Assembly (NCBI GenBank): GCA_038318235.1
Contig: JBBQBY010000001.1
Span: 1-54,854, forward strand
DNA: 54,854 nucleotides
Source of the DNA: Caldilineales bacterium
GTDB lineage: Bacteria > Chloroflexota > Anaerolineae > Caldilineales > Caldilineaceae
Reading direction: 5' to 3'
Below are positions 51,854 through 54,854 of the stretch, in pieces; position 1 is the stretch's first letter, and every line of letters begins with the position of its first letter. The position numbers and the translations under genes are program-made. Under the pieces are notes generated by a model, which was not told the DNA's origin, did no database searches, and saw nothing but the letters and a program-made list of their open reading frames with translations.

Positions 51854-52124
51854 GGCCGCAGTCAGTGTCACTTGGCTTTTTGCGGATTTTAGGACTTTTT
51901 ACCGGTTGGCTTGCGTCCAAATTAGTTGCCCTCGATTTCATCCCCGCAAAGTTGCCTAGGCCAATCCAACCGGGCAGATCCCTAGTAGAATTAAGGCTTG
52001 GAACTGTCTCAATATAGCAAATTTCACTGAAATAGAAGGCTACCTACGCTTAGTTGCTCTTCCTTTGTCGTATATAATAAGCCAGTAAAAATAAACCAAA
52101 GGAAATAAGGAAAAGAGTAGGCAA

Positions 52125-52355
52125 ATGGACAATCAAACGATGACATTCGAAGAAGCAATCGAAATCAAGGTCAGCGGCACCGATGACAGTGATTTAAACT
52201 ATGAAGCAACTAAAGTGATTGAGAGTGCCGTGCTGGCCATTTCTATGTATGGGGACCCTGAACAGTTGCTGCAGGACTGGATTAGCGAAAGTCATTTTGA
52301 GCTTACGGATACGCCTGAATCGATCACGAAAGAATGGGATTCCGGTCGCGAATAA
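52125..52355 (+). CDS. Hypothetical small acidic protein
   Basis: 76-aa product, very acidic (rich in D and E). An AAGGAAAAGAG purine-rich RBS region precedes the start. No motif recognised. Confidence 0.5.
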   Translation: MDNQTMTFEEAIEIKVSGTDDSDLNYEATKVIESAVLAISMYGDPEQLLQDWISESHFELTDTPESITKEWDSGRE

Positions 52356-52467
52356 TTCGCGGCAGCCGCATCAATACAAAATGGCTGCACCTGTTTTATT
52401 CATTATTTCAGCCCTAGCTTGCTTTAACCGAAAGTCACTCGCGATAAATTTCGCCGTGGCTTTCGGT

Positions 52468-53745
52468 TTATTTATGGCCGGCGTTCTCCAGGCTGATATC
52501 TAATGCCGCTGGCTGCGCATACAAAGTACGCACAGGTGAGCAATAGAGCCACAACACACCTAGCAATTCGCCCAGCGCGGTCACGGCGATTACGGTGCGT
52601 AGACCCAAATATTCACCCAACAACCCGCCCAATAATGCTCCCACCGGTGCAATACCCCACAGGGCGAACTCCATGGTCGCATTCATGCGCCCTTGCAGAT
52701 GATTGGGCGTAATCGCCTGGCGCAAACTGATCTGGGTGATATTATACGCCGTGTGACCCAGGCCAAACAGCGTATATCCCAACATCAAAATTAGGATCAT
52801 GCTGATTTTAGCGCCAATTGTCAGGGCTAAGACCAGATTGCCCAACCCCAGCACGAGCAAAGCCGTCATGAGTGTCGGCCCCAAACCAAACCGCTGCGCT
52901 GTCGCCTGCGTGACCCAGGCTGCCAGCATAAAACCAATCGCTCCGCCGACATAGATAAACCCAATCCAGCCCGGTTCAATGCTGAGATCGCGCGTGATGT
53001 GGAGTAGGAAGACGGTTTCTAGCATGCTGTAAAAGAGACCAACGGTGCTAATGTTGGCGGCAATTGCGCGCAGATAGCGGTTGGTTGTCACAAGATGCAA
53101 GCCTTCGCGGATCTCATGCAAAATGGATTGACGCGCAATGGTTGAACTTGGCGCTGCCTCAACGTCTGGCAGGCTGGTTACGATCGCGGCCGATAGTAGA
53201 AATGAGCCACCGTTCACCAAAAGCCCAAAGGGCGCGGTGATCAGTTGCACCAGCACCCCAGCAATGCCTGGCCCCACTGTTTCGGCGGCCGACTGGCTGA
53301 CCTCAAACCGGCTATTCGCCGTCAGCAATTGCGGACGGCGCACCAGCGATGGTAGATAGGCGCGATAGGCTACATCGGAAACAAGGGTGAAGAGACCGAC
53401 GATGAAAGCTGTTATATACAGTTGTGTGATGTGCAATGTGCCCATAAACGCGCTGAACGCAATTAAGAGGAGAAAAAAGCTGCGTACCAGATCCGTCATC
53501 ACCAGGAGTGGTCGGCGTTTTTGGCGATCAACAAAAACACCGACAAAGAGGCCGAGGAGCAGCGAAGGCAACGAACCCATCGCTACCAGTAGGCCAATCT
53601 GTACCGGTGATGCCTTTAAAAGGACCGCTGCCGCAAGCTGTAAGGTGGGAAAGGCAACGCCAGAGCCAAACAATGAGATCGATTGGCCAATCCAGAACTT
53701 GATAAAATTAGATGGGGGCTGCGATGTGGTGAGCTGAACATGCAA
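52468..53745 (-). CDS. MFS transporter (EntS/MFS_3-like)
   Basis: 425-aa product with about 12 hydrophobic helices. The loop 2-3 motif region reads GVFVDRQKRRPLL. Confidence 0.85.
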   Translation of the reverse strand: MHVQLTTSQPPSNFIKFWIGQSISLFGSGVAFPTLQLAAAVLLKASPVQIGLLVAMGSLPSLLLGLFVGVFVDRQKRRPLLVMTDLVRSFFLLLIAFSAFMGTLHITQLYITAFIVGLFTLVSDVAYRAYLPSLVRRPQLLTANSRFEVSQSAAETVGPGIAGVLVQLITAPFGLLVNGGSFLLSAAIVTSLPDVEAAPSSTIARQSILHEIREGLHLVTTNRYLRAIAANISTVGLFYSMLETVFLLHITRDLSIEPGWIGFIYVGGAIGFMLAAWVTQATAQRFGLGPTLMTALLVLGLGNLVLALTIGAKISMILILMLGYTLFGLGHTAYNITQISLRQAITPNHLQGRMNATMEFALWGIAPVGALLGGLLGEYLGLRTVIAVTALGELLGVLWLYCSPVRTLYAQPAALDISLENAGHK

Positions 53746-53908
53746 AAGTAGAGCCTTAGTAAATTGTAATGGTTGTTTGTAATAACTCTACACCTTACGT
53801 ATTTGATAAGGCAAATTGTAAGGTTTCAAAATGAATAACCAACCATTTACTCCGCTCGTGGTAAGAGACTGGAAGCCCCTACCACGAACGGAAATAGGCT
53901 CAAGTGTT

Positions 53909-54854
53909 TTAGGCTGGCATCTGTTCAACCTTTGCTTGGGCGCGAATAGCAAGACCGCCGACAACCCCACTAAAGGTATCCAAGGGGACTAGGCGTGCGA
54001 CTGGGAATTCATGTGCCAACATCTGTTGGAAAAGTGGGATCACGGATGAACCGCCCGTCGTGACCACAGCATTCACGTCACCGGGCGCAATTCCTGCCTG
54101 CGTCATGATGGCGCGCACTCCTTGGCGCGCCAGGGCCACTTCTTCACTGATCGTCAGATTAAATTCGCGGCGCGTCACGGTCAGCGCCAAGTCAATCGTA
54201 TCCGTTTGCAAATTGACCTGGGCCTGAGGCTGGGTTGATAAGCTGCGTTTGGCCTGTTCAATCTGTTCAAACAGGGCAAAGCCGTGGTTGCGCGTCACCA
54301 GTGCGGCCAAAGCGGCAAATTTGCCTGATTCGGGGCTGTGCCGCCTGGCGCGTTGGATCACAGCCAAATGCTGTGGTTGTGATAAGACCGGAATCGTCTG
54401 CCAATGGTCAAGCAACTGCGCCAGATCTTCTGGGAAAAGCAGCGTGCGATCATCATAACCAACGTCAATTGTCGCATCCACACCAAAACATTGGGCCACG
54501 TGACGGTGCATTAGTGTGCTGTCGATGTCATCACCACCGAGCAGCACCCCATGCGTGGCCAAAATTGTTGGCGTCTGCCGGTCGTCCACGCGCATCAACG
54601 TGAGGTCCAACGTGCCGCCGCCAAAATCGAAGACGAGCGCGGTCTCGGGCGCGGCGACTTGGTTGAGATAAAACGCGGCGGCGGCAATTGGCTCCGGCAC
54701 AAAGCTTACATCTGTAAAGCCAGCCAGCAAGGCAGCTTCGCGCAGCCGTTGCTCGGCGCGCTGGTCCGCCGCTGGATCAGCGGAGAATTGCACTGGGCGA
54801 CCCAAGACGACCTCGCACACGGGTGTTTGCAGATAAGCTTCGGCGCGCGTGCGC
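53909..54854 (-). CDS. Hsp70-family (actin-like ATPase) protein, N-terminus beyond the window
   Basis: The frame is open to the window edge. Phosphate-2 motif VFDFGGGTLDL and adenosine motif VVTTGGSSVIP are present. There is no canonical DnaK substrate-binding domain after the NBD, so it resembles YegD/HscC-like short forms. Confidence 0.8.
   Translation of the reverse strand, partial: RTRAEAYLQTPVCEVVLGRPVQFSADPAADQRAEQRLREAALLAGFTDVSFVPEPIAAAAFYLNQVAAPETALVFDFGGGTLDLTLMRVDDRQTPTILATHGVLLGGDDIDSTLMHRHVAQCFGVDATIDVGYDDRTLLFPEDLAQLLDHWQTIPVLSQPQHLAVIQRARRHSPESGKFAALAALVTRNHGFALFEQIEQAKRSLSTQPQAQVNLQTDTIDLALTVTRREFNLTISEEVALARQGVRAIMTQAGIAPGDVNAVVTTGGSSVIPLFQQMLAHEFPVARLVPLDTFSGVVGGLAIRAQAKVEQMPA

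Overview
About 55 kb of bacterial chromosome, roughly 50% GC by eye with several AT-rich ORF-free gaps. Gene content and motifs fit a Chloroflexota-type, possibly Herpetosiphon-like, organism, but that taxonomic guess is inference only. I support about 33 protein genes and one tRNA-Arg(TCG). Housekeeping genes include nth, tgt, recA, lysA, mazG, an ALDH7-like aldehyde dehydrogenase and a multi-GAF HisKA_3 sensor kinase. Transport genes include a Zn/Mn TroA-type ABC importer behind a Fur-family-like operator, and MarR plus a heterodimeric ABC exporter with one degenerate ATP site. The standout is a minus-strand block from about 32.3 kb to 14.3 kb. It holds a C-terminally truncated NDP-sugar 6-dehydrogenase. 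Next is a 1010-aa fusion of a HAS/NodC-type processive GT2 synthase, LysM and a right-handed beta-helix carrying the YGFDPHD mannuronan-C5-epimerase-type motif. Last is a 4566-4589-aa protein with a signal peptide, about 95 40-residue TPR units (including three ~2-kb super-repeats), a CHAT domain whose His/Cys dyad appears substituted, and a C-terminal sorting-signal-like anchor. I propose this block as a candidate undescribed synthase-dependent acidic exopolysaccharide system. Other items are a dual Cheo-box (GAAC-N4-GTTC) SOS-type promoter feeding a structured RNA and an FtsK-like ATPase, GTAG-headed REPIN-like elements nested in locus-specific outer palindromes, and a ~140-bp palindromic repeat family with a CTTCCWGGAAG core. 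There is also a J-domain/TM/TolB-propeller protein, a 2xSBP-LysM protein, and a 1.3-kb AT-rich ORF-less region upstream of the EPS block. All functional calls come from reading motifs in the supplied translations. No database search was possible.
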